DNA of 64,000 bases from Mobula hypostoma (GCF_963921235.1 NC_086108.1:70372001-70436000), one strand, 5' to 3'. Numbered from the stretch's first letter, positions 1-13,664 are shown. The notes: generated by a model from the sequence alone, not told the origin. A program made the numbers and translations.

Positions 1-640
1 TTCTCTATCCCACTCTTGTGCACCACAGGGTCAGACTCAGTGCCAGAGGTCCTGCCACCGTGGCTCACACCTGGTTGGTCGTCCCCACCAACAGTATCCA
101 GGACGGTAAACTTATTATTCAAGGGAATGGCTACAGGGGTGCTCTGCACTACCTGTCTACTCACCTTTGCTTTTCCCCCTCTGACTGTCACCCAACGACC
201 TGTTTCCGGCAGCCTAGGTGTAACTACCTCCCTGTAGCTCTCAGCTATGACTGCCTCATTTTCCCTTATGAGTCGAAGGTCATCCAGCTGCTGCTCCAGA
301 TTCCTTCCACGGTCTTCCAGATCGCCCAGCCGCATGCACTTCTGGCAGATGTGACTCTGTGGGAGAAGGGAGTTCCCCCAAGACTGCCACACCTGACATG
401 AGAGGCACATCACCGTCTCAAGAGGCATTGTAAAGACTAACTGGGAACAAGCTCGTCCTCCAGCTCTTCTCGTTGAAGCGTCTTGAGTCAAAGCCTCAAA
501 GCTCCACTCCTTCACTGGCCGCTTTCCACAGGCTGCTCCACTTGAGCTACCCCTCTATTTATTTGTTTGAGCTTTTCAAACTGCTTGGTCACCTGACCTC
601 GATTGCCCAATCAGCTGCTTTCTGCTGAGTCTGCGTTCCT
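1..640 (-). mobile_element. CR1-like LINE 5'/ORF1 remnant
   Basis: Degraded Cys/His-rich minus-strand coding-like sequence next to CR1 ORF2 pieces; boundaries approximate. Confidence 0.45.
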
Positions 641-644
641 CATA

Positions 645-3105
645 TTCTGAAAGTCCAAATATACAACATCCACTTCATCCCCTTTATTTATCCTATGTGT
701 AATCTCAAAGAATTCCAACAGGTTTGTCAGGCAGGATTTTCCCTGAAGGAAAACATGCTGACTTTGTACGATCTTGTCCTGTGTCACCTAGTACTCCATC
801 ACCTCATCCTCAACATTGACTCCAGCATCTTCCCAACCACTGAGGTCAGGCTAACTGGTCTATAATTTCCATTCTGCAGTTTTCCTCCCTTCTTAAAGAA
901 TGGAGTAACATTTGCAATTTTCCAGTTCTCTGGTACCATGCCAGAGTCCAATAATTTTTTGAAAGATCATTTCTAATACCACCACATTCTCTAACGCCAC
1001 CTGTTTAAGAACCTTAGGGTGCAGTTCATCTGGTCTGGGTGACTTATGTAACTTTAGGTCTTTTAGTTTTTTCAGCACCTTCTCTCTTGTAACAGTAACT
1101 GCACCCGCTTCTCTTCCTTCATACACTCAACATCAGGCATACTGCTAGTGTCTTTCACAGTGAAGGCTGATGCAAAATATTCATTTAGTTCATCAGCCAT
1201 CTCCTTGTCCCATGTTGTTATTTCTCCTGCTTCATTTTCTAGCAGTCCTGTGTCCACTTTCGTTTCTCTTTTATTTTTAACGTACTTGAAAAAAATTTTA
1301 TTATCCACCGATATTATTTGCAAGTTTGTTTTCATATTTAATCTTTTACCTTCTAATGATTTTTTTTTAGTTGCTGTCTGTAGGTTTTTAAAAACTTCCC
1401 AATCCTCTATGTTCCCACTAATTTTTGCTTTGTTGTATGTCCTTTCTTTTGCTTTTAAAATAGCTTTGACTTCCTTTGTCAGCCACAGTTGTACTATTTT
1501 ACCATTTGAGTGTCCCTTCATTTTTGGAATACATATACAGGTGTCCCCCGCTTTTTGAACTTTCGCTTTACAAAACCTCACTGTTACGAAAGACCTACAT
1601 TAGTACCCTGTTTTCGCTTTCAGAAGGTGTTTTCACTGTTGCGAAGAAAGGCAGCGCGAGATAAAAGGCAGCGCACGCCCCGAGCAGTCGTTAGCAAGAT
1701 GAGTTCTAAGGTGCCTGAAAAGCCTGAAAGAGTAAGGGTGTTACACTTAGCATAAAACTAGACATAATTAAGCGTTTTGATCGTGGTGAACGAAGTAAGG
1801 ACAAAGTGAGTTTGGCTTGTGGAAGCTGATGAAGACGATGTTGAAGAGGTTTTGGCATCCCATGACCAAGTACTGATAGATGAAGGGCTGATGCTATTGG
1901 AAGAGGAAAGGATAACAATCCAAACGGAATGCAGAAAGTGAAGCAACTGCGTGAGATTTTCGCTGCAATGATAAAGTACGACTTTAATTTTGAAAGGGTA
2001 CGTAGGGGATATTTGCAGGATGGTTTGAGTGCTTACAAACAACTGTATGATAGAAAAATGCACGAGGCTCAGCAGTCAAGCAAGCCTTCCTCGTCAGCCA
2101 CAGCAGACGACGAACCTCGACCTTCGGCATCGAGGCGGGCAGTCATAGGAGAAGATGAGCTGCCTGCCCTGATCGACAATGAGATGACACCCCCCGTGTC
2201 CCACCACCCCAACACCCAGGCCCCGGACAGATACTGTACCGATTCATGAAGAACGCAGCGGTAGCCGGGAGGCACCCAGCACATCTTTAAGAAAAAAGCC
2301 GAAATAAACATGCTAATTAATTACGTGCTAGGCGGCACCTAATTAATTAGCATGTTTATTTTGGCTTTTTTCTTAAAGATGTGCTGGATGCCTCCCGGCT
2401 ACCGCTGCATTCTTCGCAGCAATGTATCGGGTCGGCGGCCCGGAGGGTGGGGGCCACTGCACCACCCAGCCTGCGACGACTCAGTCTAACACACCATCAT
2501 CAGTGTGCTCGGCGCTGTTTTCCTAATTCCGGTAAGTGATACTACACTGTACATACATTATTTCTACCTTATAGGCTGTGTATTTTTACGTGTTATTTGG
2601 TAGATTTGGCAGCTTCATAGTTAAAGGTTACCAGAGAGCGCGTTTATGCCAACAGCGCTTGCGTGAGATTTTCGTTATGGAGATCTGTGCAGGCAATCGT
2701 TGTAGAGAAGTATTTCTACTTTATATAGGCTGCGTATTTGTCATATCATTCCTGCTTTTACTATATGTTATTGTTATTTTAGGTTTTATGTGTTATTTGG
2801 CATGATTTAGTAGGTTATTTTTGGGTCTGCGAACGCTCACAATATTTTCCCATATAAATAAATGGTAATTGCTTCTTCGCTTTACGACATTTCGGCTTAT
2901 GAACCGTTTCATAGGAACGCTGTACCTTCGGATGGCAGGGGAAACCTGTATCCTGCACCTTCCTCATTTTTCCCAGAAACATCCCTCCAGCAGCTCCTTG
3001 CAATTTACTTTGGCCAACTCCTTTCTCATCCCATTGTAATTTCCCTTACTCCACTGAAATACTGCTGCATCAGACTTTACTTACTCCCTATCAAATTTCA
3101 ACTAG
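645..3105 (-). mobile_element. Degraded CR1 LINE ORF2 fragment (645-1537 plus 2949-3105), split by a Tigger insertion
   Basis: FFKYVKNKR, MADELNEYFASAFT and KSPRPDELHPKVLK motifs; the sequence resumes after the TA duplication. Confidence 0.85.
1538..2948 (+). mobile_element. Tigger/pogo-like non-autonomous DNA transposon, copy 1
   Basis: TA|CAGGTGTCCCCCG ... GGGAAACCTG|TA termini; remnants of the N-terminal HTH (LSIKLDIIKRFDRGE) and the acidic C-terminus; DDE core missing. Confidence 0.88.
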
Positions 3106-3948
3106 CCATTTAAATCTGTAAGTCCCCAAAATTCACAGTGTACTGTTCATAAATATGAAATTCAGGTCAAAATGTGTTGAATTTCCTGAAGGTGTAGCAT
3201 TCTCCTGAGGTCCAGAAAATATTGCTTATAATTGCCTTTGCCTTATGTGCTGTTGTATCTAATCATAATGTGAAAGGTTACGTCATTATCTTGGAGATTA
3301 GAAGCTTGGTGTGAGACAGCCTTTAATTTTCCATTTGTAAGCCAGAATTTTGGTTCCTGTTTTGAAAATATTGTCAATATTTGTGATTTTGTAGTAGTGG
3401 AATGTTAAGCAGGATTTGTACTCTTTTAAATATGAAAATTAACTGTCTTTTTATAAAGTGTGTAGTAGAGAACTCTTGTTGAAGCTAGTGAAATTACAAA
3501 ACATGATCGATTGAATGTGCAGGCTAGTATTATAGAGGTGAGGATTAGGAGAGCTCTATCCTTTGCCCAGAAGGACAAGAGCTGAGAGCAGAGCTGGAAG
3601 ATAGAGAGTAGAGGAGGTGTGGTCAAAAGCTTGAAACTACAATAGAAGAAGGAGGAAGACATTTCAGAGGTGCTTGTATGGGAAGTCTTATCATTAGAAC
3701 AAGCACAATGGAGATGAAATAGAAGGAGTTTGATATTTTCAGTTTTGGATAATTATTAGGGTAACCTTAATACTTGTGGAGAAAATAATTTAATCCCTGA
3801 AGAAACCCCATGGTTTCCAAACTAGCAACTGAAAAAAAAAGCCCATTTTTTTTTAATAGTCTGGAATTGCAGGAATTATTGTCAGTGACAGCTTAATATG
3901 GGTTTAATTCAAAATTGATGTATCTGACAATCATAACTTTTTTCTCAG

Positions 3949-4104
3949 ATGTAAACAGGAAATGTTGGTCCTTCACTACTAAGGGAATGCATGCTGTGGG
4001 GCAGGCAGAGATAGTCATCCTCTTGCAGTGTTTACCTGATGAGAAATCTATCCCAAAGGACATCTTCAATCACTGCATACAGCTTTATCAAGATGCTCTG
4101 GCAG
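3949..4104 (+). CDS. ZFYVE9: ZFYVE9 (SARA) coding exon (VNRKCWSFTTKGMHAVGQAEIVILLQCLPDEK...)
   Basis: tttctcag|AT acceptor and GCAG|gtataa donor; peptide matches the SARA C-terminal (DUF3480) region; 156 bp, phase 1-1. Upstream exons lie outside the window. Confidence 0.93.
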
Positions 4105-4381
4105 GTATAATTAAATGATAAAGGCATGTTCTAATCATTGGGATGATACTATTAAAATATTTTTTAATGTCAACTTAGAATATCTGAGATCGTGATCATT
4201 ACAGTAGACCATTTAGCAGGGCAGTAATCTAACTTATTTAGTGTCTTTGTGTTAAATTATACAGAATACATAAAACTGAGCTTTAAACACTTTATTTTGT
4301 ATTTGCACAGTTAGAAACCCAGCTGCCTCTTTCTGACAACTAATTTCATTTTGCAACTTAACATTATTCTTCTGTCTATAG

Positions 4382-4606
4382 GTAATGTTGTTGGAGAATT
4401 GGGCCACTCCTTCTTTACCCAGAGTTTTCTTGGCAGTAGGGAACATGGTGGATTTCTGTATGTCACAGCTACTTTTCAGTCGTTACAGGATTTGGTGCTA
4501 CCCAGTCCACCTTACCTGTTTGGCATTTTAATTCAAAAATGGGAAACTCCTTGGGCTAAAGTTTTCCCAATTCGTCTCATGCTACGTCTTGGAGCAGAAT
4601 ATAGAT
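4382..4606 (+). CDS. ZFYVE9: ZFYVE9 coding exon ([11 protein letters not shown]...[22 protein letters not shown])
   Basis: ctatag|GT acceptor and T|gtgagt donor; 225 bp; conserved SARA/endofin peptide. Confidence 0.95.
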
Positions 4607-4683
4607 GTGAGTAACTACAGCTATATTATTCAATTTGGGGAAAGAGTAAAGTGACGACTTCTGACTAATACATTCTTTTGCAG

Positions 4684-4766
4684 TTTATCCATGTCCATTG
4701 TTCAGTGTGCGTTTCCGTAAACCTCTGTTTGGAGAGACAGGGCATACTATTATGAACCTACTTGCG
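4684..4766 (+). CDS. ZFYVE9: ZFYVE9 coding exon ([27 protein letters not shown])
   Basis: ttttgcag| acceptor and GCG|gtaagt donor; 83 bp; translated by hand. Confidence 0.95.
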
Positions 4767-5001
4767 GTAAGTTGTTCACATTTTCTAAGGTAAGACAATT
4801 GTTATGCCTTGGCGATCATGATGTACAAATTGTAGAAATAATTTGCGACGGTAGCAAAATTATTACCATGAACATAGAATGTTTAGCAGTTTGAATGTTT
4901 ATAAAGTTAAGACTTTACTGATCTGTGATCATGTGGATAAATTCTCTAACTTGTTTCTTCTGTGAGAACCAGTTATTTATTTGGGATCATATGCTGATAT
5001 T

Positions 5002-8000
5002 CAGTGCCTTGGAAAAAGTATGCAACCTCCAACCCTTTGCTCACGTAAATGAGTGATTTTGGGATCAATTGATCAACGAGGGATTTTGATCAATTTAACT
5101 GAAATTTGTTATTTATGAGTCACATGCTCCTTTCACAGTGGAGCCCAAAAAACAGGAAAAATTGCAAAGCATGAAAAACTAAAAATTCGAAAACTGAAAT
5201 ATCAGTAGTTGTCTCTATGTTAGCTTTGCACAATGTGATGGACCAAGATTTGCCCTTTCCTCCTTGCAAAGTTGTTCAAGCTGTGTCATGTTAGTTGGGG
5301 AGCAGTGGTGGACAACACTCTTGAGGTCTTACCAGAGGTGTTTGATCAGGTTAAGGGCAGTAGTCTGATCAACTCAAGGACATCAGTTTTCTTCATTTGA
5401 AGCCTCTCCATGGTTGCTCTGGCAGTGTGCTTTTGGTCATTGTCCTGCTGGAAGATTGAATTGAATTGACTTTATTTTTTTTACATCCTTCACATACATG
5501 AGTAAAAATCTATAAGTTACGTCTCTCTGAATGTGCAAATTATAGTAATTTGTAATAAATAGTATGTACAGTAAAATGTACAACAGAACAGTCAATATAG
5601 TATAGAAATACAATTGTGTCAGCGTGAATTAATCAGTCTGATGGGCTGGTGGAAGAAGCTGCCCTGGAGCTTATTGGTCCGGCTTTAATGCTGTGGTACC
5701 ATTTCCCAGATGGTAGGCGCTGGAACAGTTTCAGTTGGGGTGATTCAATTCCCTAATGATCCTTCGGGCCCTTTTTACACACCTGTCTCTGTAAATGTCC
5801 TGAATAGTGGGAAGTTCACATCTACGGATGCGCTGGGCTGTCCATACCACTTTCTGCAGAATCCTACAGTTCCCATACCAGGCAGTGATACAGCCAGCCA
5901 GGATGCTCTCAATTGTGCCCCTGTAGAAAGCCCTTAGGATTTGGGGACTCTGCCAAACTTCTTCAACCGTCTGAGGTGAAAGAGGCACTGTTATGCTTTT
6001 TTCACCACACAGCTGGTATGTATAGACCAATTGAGGTCCCTGGTGATGTGTATACAGAGGAACTTAAAGCTGTTCACCCTCTCAACCCCAGATCCATTGA
6101 TATCAATGGGGGTGTTCTTCCTGTATTCCACAACCAGCTCTTTTGTTTTTGTGACATTGAGGGAGAGGTTGTTTTCTTGACACCACGATGTCAGAGTGAT
6201 GGTTTCTTCTATGTCGGCTGCCTTGTTATTATTTGAGATAAGGCCAATCAATGTAGTATCATCTGCAAATTTAATTAGCAGATTGGAGCTGTGGGTGGTG
6301 ACACAATCAGGGTGTACAGAGGGTAAAGGAGGGGGCTTAGGACATAGCCCTGGGGGCTCCTGTGGTAAGGGTCTGAGGGGCAGAAGTGAAGGAGCTCACA
6401 CTTACCGGCAATTTGACAGGAAGTGCAGGATCCAGCTGAACAAGGCAGGGTGAAGGCTGAGGTCTCTTGTCAAGTCTGGAGGGAATTATAGTGGTGAATG
6501 CTGAACTGTAGTCCAAGAACAGTATTCTTACATAAGCATCCCTCCTCTCCAGGTCTGTAAGGATGGTGTGTAGAGCTGTGGCTATTGTGTCATCTGTTGA
6601 TCAGTAGGCGAATTGTAGGGTGCCTAGTGTGGGCGGTAGCATGCTGCAGATGTAGTCCTTGACGAGCCTCTCAAAGCCTTTGCTTATTTTTGAGGTGAGT
6701 GTGACAGGACGCTAGTCGTTCAGACATGTTACCTTGGTCTCTTTAGGGACAATGGTGAATGTTTTGAAGCAGGAGGGCATTCTATACTGGGAGAAGGAGA
6801 GATTTAAAAATGTCTGCAAACACACCTGCCAGTTATGCCGCGCACATTCTGATTACCCGCCCTGGGATGCCATCAAGTCCTGCAGCCTTGCGGCTGTGGC
6901 TGTCCACTTGTTGGAAACATCTGAGTACTTAAGCCTCAAAGATGATCAGGGTTCAGGTGGCATTGGCGGCTCTCTTCAGGGACTCTGTTCGCAACTTCGA
7001 ACCGAGTGTACGAAAGACTTAGCTCATCTGGGAGAGAGGCAACTTTAGCTTTGAAGTCTGCAATGGCGTGTAGACCTTGCCATAAGCTGTGTGTGTTGTT
7101 GGTGGAAAGTTGTGTCTGGATCTTGTCCCTGTATTGTTTCCTTCCCAGTTTAAGCTTCATAGTAGAGGGTAGTAGGTTTTTATCTCTGTATTTAGCAGCA
7201 TTCATCTTCGCATCAACCCTGACCAGATTTCCAGTCCCTGCTACTGAAAATCATCCCCTTTACCTCTACTATACTTTACAATAGGGATGGTGTTACCTGG
7301 CTGATGCGCTGTATTAGTTTTATGGCATGTGAACTTCTTAGTGTTGAGGTCGAAAGGTGTACTTTGAACTCATCTGACCACAAGACCTTCTTCCTCATGT
7401 TTACAGTATCTTCCAAGTGACACTTTGCAAAGTCTTTACGGACGAGGATAGGATATGCTTCTTTTTTATTTAATTTCTTCCATAAATACCCTTTTTGTGC
7501 AAGGCCTTAGAAATTGTGGAGCCACTTCATCTCCAGTTGCAGCCACTGACCTGCTGCTCACTCAGTGACTGTTGACATCACAACAGCCTCTCTTGCAAGT
7601 GCCATTCTTCTCCGGCAACTAAGTTTAGAGGGGCAGCCTGACCTAGGTAATGTGGCTGTGGTTTCGTATTTCCACTTTTTCACAATGAGTTCTGGAGGTA
7701 TGTTCAGTGCCTTTGAGATGATCTTGTACCCTTCCCCAGATTTGTGCTTCTATTATTTTCCTGACTTGACTTGAATGCTCTTCGTCTTTCTTTTGGTGTG
7801 GTCTATTGAAAATCTCCCATAATGTTGGACCTTACGGAAAGGGGGTATGTGCAGTATTCTTAGCAATTCATTGAAAACAGGTGATTGTCCAGTTTTCTAC
7901 ATCAATAAATTGGATAAGTTGTTAAAGTAATATATTGCTACTGAGGAAAGTTAGCGTAGTAATTACAAAGGGGATGAGTACTTTGTTAGCATTACTATTT

Positions 8001-8179
8001 TGGTTTATACTTTTTCGTAAATTGTTGGCTGATTTTGGAATTTTTCTTTTGATTTGACATGATGCACAATGTTTTGTGGATTAGCTCAAAAATCCTACTT
8101 CAATGTATTTTAAATTTAGAAAATGAGCCAGTGAAATGTGAAAATTGTTGTGGGAGCTGAATACTTTTTCAAAGCACTG
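5002..8179 (-). mobile_element. Degraded Tc1-like transposon with long inverted repeats, interrupted by Rex1
   Basis: CAGTGCCTTGGAAAAAGTAT ... ATACTTTTTCAAAGCACTG termini; transposase remnant MNAAKYRDKNLLPSTMKLKLGRK. Confidence 0.8.
5456..7137 (-). mobile_element. Rex1/Babar LINE, 5'-truncated
   Basis: WCQENNLSLNVTKTKELVVEYRK and FYRGTIESILAGCITAWYG; (TTGAA)n tail at 5456. Confidence 0.88.
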
Positions 8180-9059
8180 TGTAACATTCAAATGTCATTT
8201 GGCGATCTAAAAGAAATCTGTTCAAATCAGGATGTTACAATAAATCACAGTTAAGGAAGTTTACCAAATGACTGGTGTGTACCAAATGTACCAAATGCTT
8301 GTAAATACTGGAGACCTCATGTTGGATGTAGTCAGTTGGTTTGGAAGGGCGTTTGGTCAATACAGCAGATGGTGAGGAGTATTATAGAAAACAATTTTCC
8401 CGCCAGAGCTCAATGACATGCACATCTAAGGGTGTTAATTTTCTGACAATGCACGAAACAGGAGCAGGCTAGTTGGCCCTTCAAGTCTGCTCCAGCATTC
8501 AATAAGGTCATGGCTAATCCAGTCTTGGTTCTCAATGGTATTCTTCCATTCTCTTTACCTCCCCTGTGGTTCAAATATCTATCACTGTCTAACAAGATTA
8601 TAAACATTAAATATATTTTGAGATATGGGTAAACCAATACTGTGTCTGTGCATACTTGAAATGGGTTTAATTCTTCCAGAGAAAATTCAATCTCTTTGCA
8701 TGTTTTTAAAAATGATTTAGATTACCTTTTGCATTTTTGCTCCAGAAAGGCAATAATGTTTTCAATAGGCTAAATGCTAATAAAGGCTTCTTAAGAATTG
8801 TGACATATGTTCTTCAGAATCATTTTTGATTCTCTGTTTTTCATCAATTGAGTTTTTTGAGAAGGAATTAAAGAGATTGAGGGCATTCTTACGGATATTG
8901 TCTACATGGCCTTCAGTAAGGGATTTAAGAAGATCCTTTATGGTAGCCTAAAGATGAATATGCTTGGGATCCATTGTTGCTTTGTAGTTTGAATTTGGAA
9001 TTAGCTTACCCATAGGGGACAGGGCAGTGATTCACAATAGATGTATGTGTGTAGATTGG

Positions 9060-9625
9060 TTGAAACAGGACTGGGAAGGGGGGAGAAATCAGAATAAGGT
9101 GGGGGAGGGGAGGAAGAAGTACAAGCTGGTAGGTGATATGTGAAACTGGGAGAAGAGAAGGGGGTGAAGTAAAGAGCTGGAAAGGTGATTTGTGAAAGAG
9201 ATAAAGGGTTGAAAAAGGGAGAACTTGATAGGAGAGGACAGAAGACCATGGAAGAAAGGGAAGGGGGAGGAGCTCCAGAGGGAGGTGATGGGCAGATAAG
9301 AAGAAAAGGTGTGAGAAAGATGTAAGAATGGGTAATGGTAAAAGGAGGGGGGCAATTGCCAGAAGTATGAGAAATTGATATTCATGCCATCAGATTGGAG
9401 GCTTCCCAGGTGGAATATAAGGTGTTGCGCCTCCAACCTGAGCGCGGCCTCATCGTGGCAGTAGAGGAAGCCATGAATTGACATGTCGGAATGGGAAATA
9501 AAATTGAAATGGGTGGCCACTGGGAAATCCCGTTTTTGTGGAGGATGGAGCAAGGGTGCTTGACGAAGCAGTCTCCCAGTGTACATCAAGTCTCACCAAC
9601 GTACAGGAGGCCACACCGGGAGCAT
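9060..9625 (-). mobile_element. Penelope-like element fragment (GIY-YIG end)
   Basis: PVATHFN...EAALRLEAQHLIFHLGSLQSDGMNINFS, homologous to the ORF at 18771-19508. Confidence 0.8.
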
Positions 9626-9627
9626 AC

Positions 9628-10683
9628 CGAGGTCATTACCCACGCGTCATCCATGTCAGCGTGGGAAGGAGATCAACTCCTCAAGCTTGCAAATGACAGC
9701 GGGCTGAAAAGTATGTTTGACATAACATCTCTGCCGACATTCTGGATCAAAGTCAAGGCTAAATATCCTGAGATAACCGCAAAAGCACTGAAGATGTTGC
9801 TTCCATTTCCAACATATCTCTGCAATGAATGCAACGAAAACTAAATCGCGGAATAGACTGGACATAAGGAACCCCCTTCGAGTATCGCTGTCTCCCATCA
9901 CCCCTCGATGGCACCATCTTGTTGCAGGGAAACAAGCCCAGGGCTCCCACTGATTCAGCGATATTGGTCTGTTGCAATGATTTTATATGTTCATATGGGG
10001 AAAATATGTGCTGTGTGTTTAATATCCAAACGTCAATTAAAATATTATGATGCTGTTGACTTATAAGTGACTTATATAACCATATAACAATTACAGCACA
10101 GAAACAGGCCATCTCGGCCCTCCTAGTCCGTGCCGAACGCTACTCTCACCTAGTCCCACCGACCTGCACTCAAGCCCATAACCCTCCATTCCTTTCCTGT
10201 CCATATACCTATCCAATTTTTCTTTAAATGATGATATCAAATCTGCCTCTACCACTTCTACTGGAAGTTCGTTCAACACTTACTTCAAGCTCCCCTGTCC
10301 TCCCCTGATAGTTGACTTATCATTATATTCATGCGAGGAAAATGTGTGCTGTGTGTTTAATATTAAAGTTGTTAGATAAACCCTTTTAGAAACGAAATTG
10401 AGTGTATTAGCCACTTATCACCAATATTCCGGAAGTGATTAACACCCCCCCCGAACAGAATCGCCAGAAACGATTTATAGAAAAAATCGGCACGTACATG
10501 CATACACACACAGGTGCCCGCACAAGGCTTCATGGTCATTGTAGTCTTTCTCGAGGTAAACACAACATACTTGTCTGCTACTCTTGTCCATTCGCAACCC
10601 TACCCCCCGCCGGTCGGCCGGTCCGCAAGAATATTGTCAATATTAAACCAGTCCGGCGTGCAAAAAAAGGTTGGGGACCCCTG
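9628..10683 (+). mobile_element. hAT (Charlie/Buster-like) 3' part with right TIR
   Basis: hAT dimerisation-domain remnant FWIKVKAKYPEITAKALKMLLPFPT; C-terminus KQAQGSH*; ends GGTTGGGGACCCCTG. Confidence 0.82.
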
Positions 10684-10755
10684 TTCTAGGAGAGATTAAA
10701 GTAGTTTCTGAAATTTTGGCCGTAATTTTTTATTTGCATTTTAAGTTCATTAGTA

Positions 10756-12097
10756 CAGGTTTCCCCCGCCATCCGATGGTAGAGCATTCCTGTGAAACGG
10801 TTCGTAAGCCGGAATGTCGTAAAGTGAGGAAGCAATTACCATTTATTTATATGGGAAAAATTTGTGAGCGTTCGCAGACCCCAAAAATAACCTACCAAAT
10901 CATGCCAAATAACACATAAAACCTAAAATAACAGTAACATATAGTAAAAGCAGGAATGATATGGTAAATACACAGCCTATATAAAGTAGAAATTCTATTC
11001 TGCAATCATTGCTGCACTGTACACTGTAGCAAAAATCTCACGCAAGCGCTCTCGGCAGAAACACTCAGCGCAAGCACTCTCGGCAGAAACACTCGCTCCA
11101 GTAACCTTTAAGCTATGAAGCTGCCAAATCATACCAAATAACACATAAAAATACACAGCCTATATAAAGTAGAAGTAATGTATGTACAGTGTAATATCAC
11201 TTACTGGAATCGGGAAGATAGCGAGCACACTGATGATGGTGTGTTAGGCTGAGTCATCGGAGGTTGGGGTGGTGGGGCACTGGGGTGTCATCTCCTCATC
11301 GTCTGTTTCCATCAGGGCAGGCAGGTCATCTTCTTCTATGTCTGCCTGCCTCGATGCCGAAGGTTGAGGTTCGTCGTCTGCTGTGGCTGATGTGGAAGGC
11401 TTGAAAAACGACGGTATGCTTGACTGCTTAGCCTTGCGCATTTTTCTATCATACAGTTCTTTGTAAGCACTCAAACCATCCTGCAAATATGCCGTAAACC
11501 TACGTACCCTTTCAAAATTAAAGTCATGCTTTTCTGCAATCTTTGTTGTCAATTGCAGCGAAAATCTCACACAGTTGCTTCACGTTTAGTTCCTGGACGA
11601 CTTCACTTTCGGTCCGTTCGCTGCTACATTCGGTTTCGATTGTTATCCTTTCCTCTTCCAATTACATCAGCTCTTCATCTATCAGTTCTTGGTCATGGGA
11701 TGCCAAAACCTCTTCAACATCATCTTCGTCAGCTTCCACAAGCCAAACTCACTTTGTCCTTACTTTGTTCATCACGATGGAAATGCTTAATTATGTCTAG
11801 TTTTATGCTAAGTGTAACAATTATGAGCTCTTTTAGGCTTTTCCGATACCTTAGAACTCACCTTGCTAACGGATGCTCAAAATAAATCGACATAAAGCAC
11901 AGATACTCACAGGCACGTGTTTAAGCAATGCCGGCTAGAATGCAGTTCTGGGGGAGGAGCTTGGCCGCTTGGAGAACGCGCTGCCTTTTTCCCTAAGAGT
12001 GAAAATACCTTCTGTTAGCGAAAACAGGTTACTAATGTAGGTCTTTCATAACAGTGAGGTTTCGTAAAGCGAACGTTCGAAAAGTGGGGGACACCTG
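10756..12097 (-). mobile_element. Tigger/pogo-like non-autonomous element, copy 2
   Basis: TA|CAGGTTTCCCCCG ... GGGGGACACCTG|TA; reverse-complement homolog of 1538-2948. Confidence 0.88.
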
Positions 12098-12165
12098 TAG
12101 TACCAACTGTAATCAAATTTTAAAATTCTGTTAATATATGAAACTTATGTCTTTGTTTCATTTAG

Positions 12166-12270
12166 GATTTCAGGAATTACCAATACAAGTTACCTGTAGT
12201 ACAAGGACTTGTGGTTGACATGGAAGTGAGGAAGACATGCATCAATGTTCCTAGCAACAGATACAATGAG
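12166..12270 (+). CDS. ZFYVE9: ZFYVE9 coding exon (DFRNYQYKLPVVQGLVVDMEVRKTCINVPSNRYNE)
   Basis: catttag|GAT acceptor and GAG|gtatgc donor; 105 bp, phase 0-0. Confidence 0.95.
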
Positions 12271-12530
12271 GTATGCCAAATGTTTTCATGTATTCATATG
12301 AATTGGCAAGTCCTATGCTAAATCCACACCTGGGGTTGAAGCCTTGTACTTTTTTCTCCTATTCATGTGGTCAAAGCTTATGCCAAGTAAATGCTTTCAT
12401 GGGTTTACTCAATACGGACCACAAAAATTACCCTATTATATTCAGCATTTTACAAATATAAGTTGATTCACAAAATTTCAGTGCTGTTTTGGATAGGGAT
12501 TGGAAATGTTGTGAAGGCCCTTTCAAGAAG

Positions 12531-12790
12531 CAGCACCACAAAATGCTGGAGGAGCTCAGCAGATCAAGTAGCACCTATGGAGGGAAATAAACAGTGGATG
12601 TTTTGGGCCGAGGCCCTTCATCAAGGCTGGAAAGGAAATCATACTGAGAAGATGGGGGCAGAGGAAGGGGTACAAGCTGGCAGGTTTTAGGTGAGACCAG
12701 ACGAGGGGGAAGGTAGGTGGGTGGGGCAGGGAGCATAATGTAAAAAGCAGGAAGGTGATGGTGGCATGAACATTAATATTTCTAACATCT
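12531..12790 (-). mobile_element. Penelope terminal-repeat-derived fragment
   Basis: Inverted homolog of 13940-14045 (aaaatgctggaggagctcagcag...cccttcatca). Confidence 0.6.
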
Positions 12791-12874
12791 GGTATCCATT
12801 ACTCTATTTTCTGCAGTATACATCCCCCACCCCTTTTTGTTTTACCCTTTTCTGGTGGCCCTCTCACTTAAAGA

Positions 12875-13660
12875 CAAGTTCAAGTTTATTGTCATTCAAT
12901 AATACATATTGTATACATATATACCACCAAATGAAACAACGTTCCTCCAGACTAAGGTGCACAATACAGTACATATAATCACACACAATACAAAGTAATA
13001 TTACCATAAATAAATGAACAATTAATAAAATATATTCCATAGATTGGCATTTATCACAAGGTGTATTTATGACACTAGTCTGAAAGTAAACAGTATAATA
13101 CTACTGGTGCTTCCTAAGTGATGAGACCTGGTGGTGGAGGGCCTGGGGAAAGAAGCTGATCCCATCCTAACAGGCTTTTGTCCTAATGCTATGGTACTTC
13201 CTGCCTAATGGTAGGAGATCAAAGAGATTGTGGAACAGATGGGAGGAATCCTTGACAATGCCATGCATACACAGTGCTCCTGATAAATATCTCAGTAGGT
13301 GGAAGGGAGACTCTGAAGTTCCTCTCAGCAGTCCTTGCAATTCTTTGTAGGGTCTTGTACTCGAATGTCTTGCAATTCCCATACCAGACGTTGGTGTGAC
13401 TAGTCAGGATACACTCAATGATGCTTCTGTAAAAATTGGTTAGAATTGGGGAGGGTGTGGGGAGAGAAAGAGCCTTGCTTGCCTAAATATCCTCAGGAAG
13501 TGAAGAGGCTGCTGTGCTTATGTGAATAAAGATGCGTTGATGTACCTGGTGAGATAGTCTATTATGATGCACTCCCAGAAACTTGGTGCTCCTAAATCTC
13601 TCCACAGAGGAGTCATTTATCTGCAGTGAGGAATGGTCAGCCTGCACCTTCCTAAAGCCA
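12875..13660 (-). mobile_element. Old Rex1-like LINE 3' fragment
   Basis: caagttcaagtttattgtc tail; VERFRSTKFLGVH motif. Confidence 0.7.
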
Positions 13661-13664
13661 CTCT

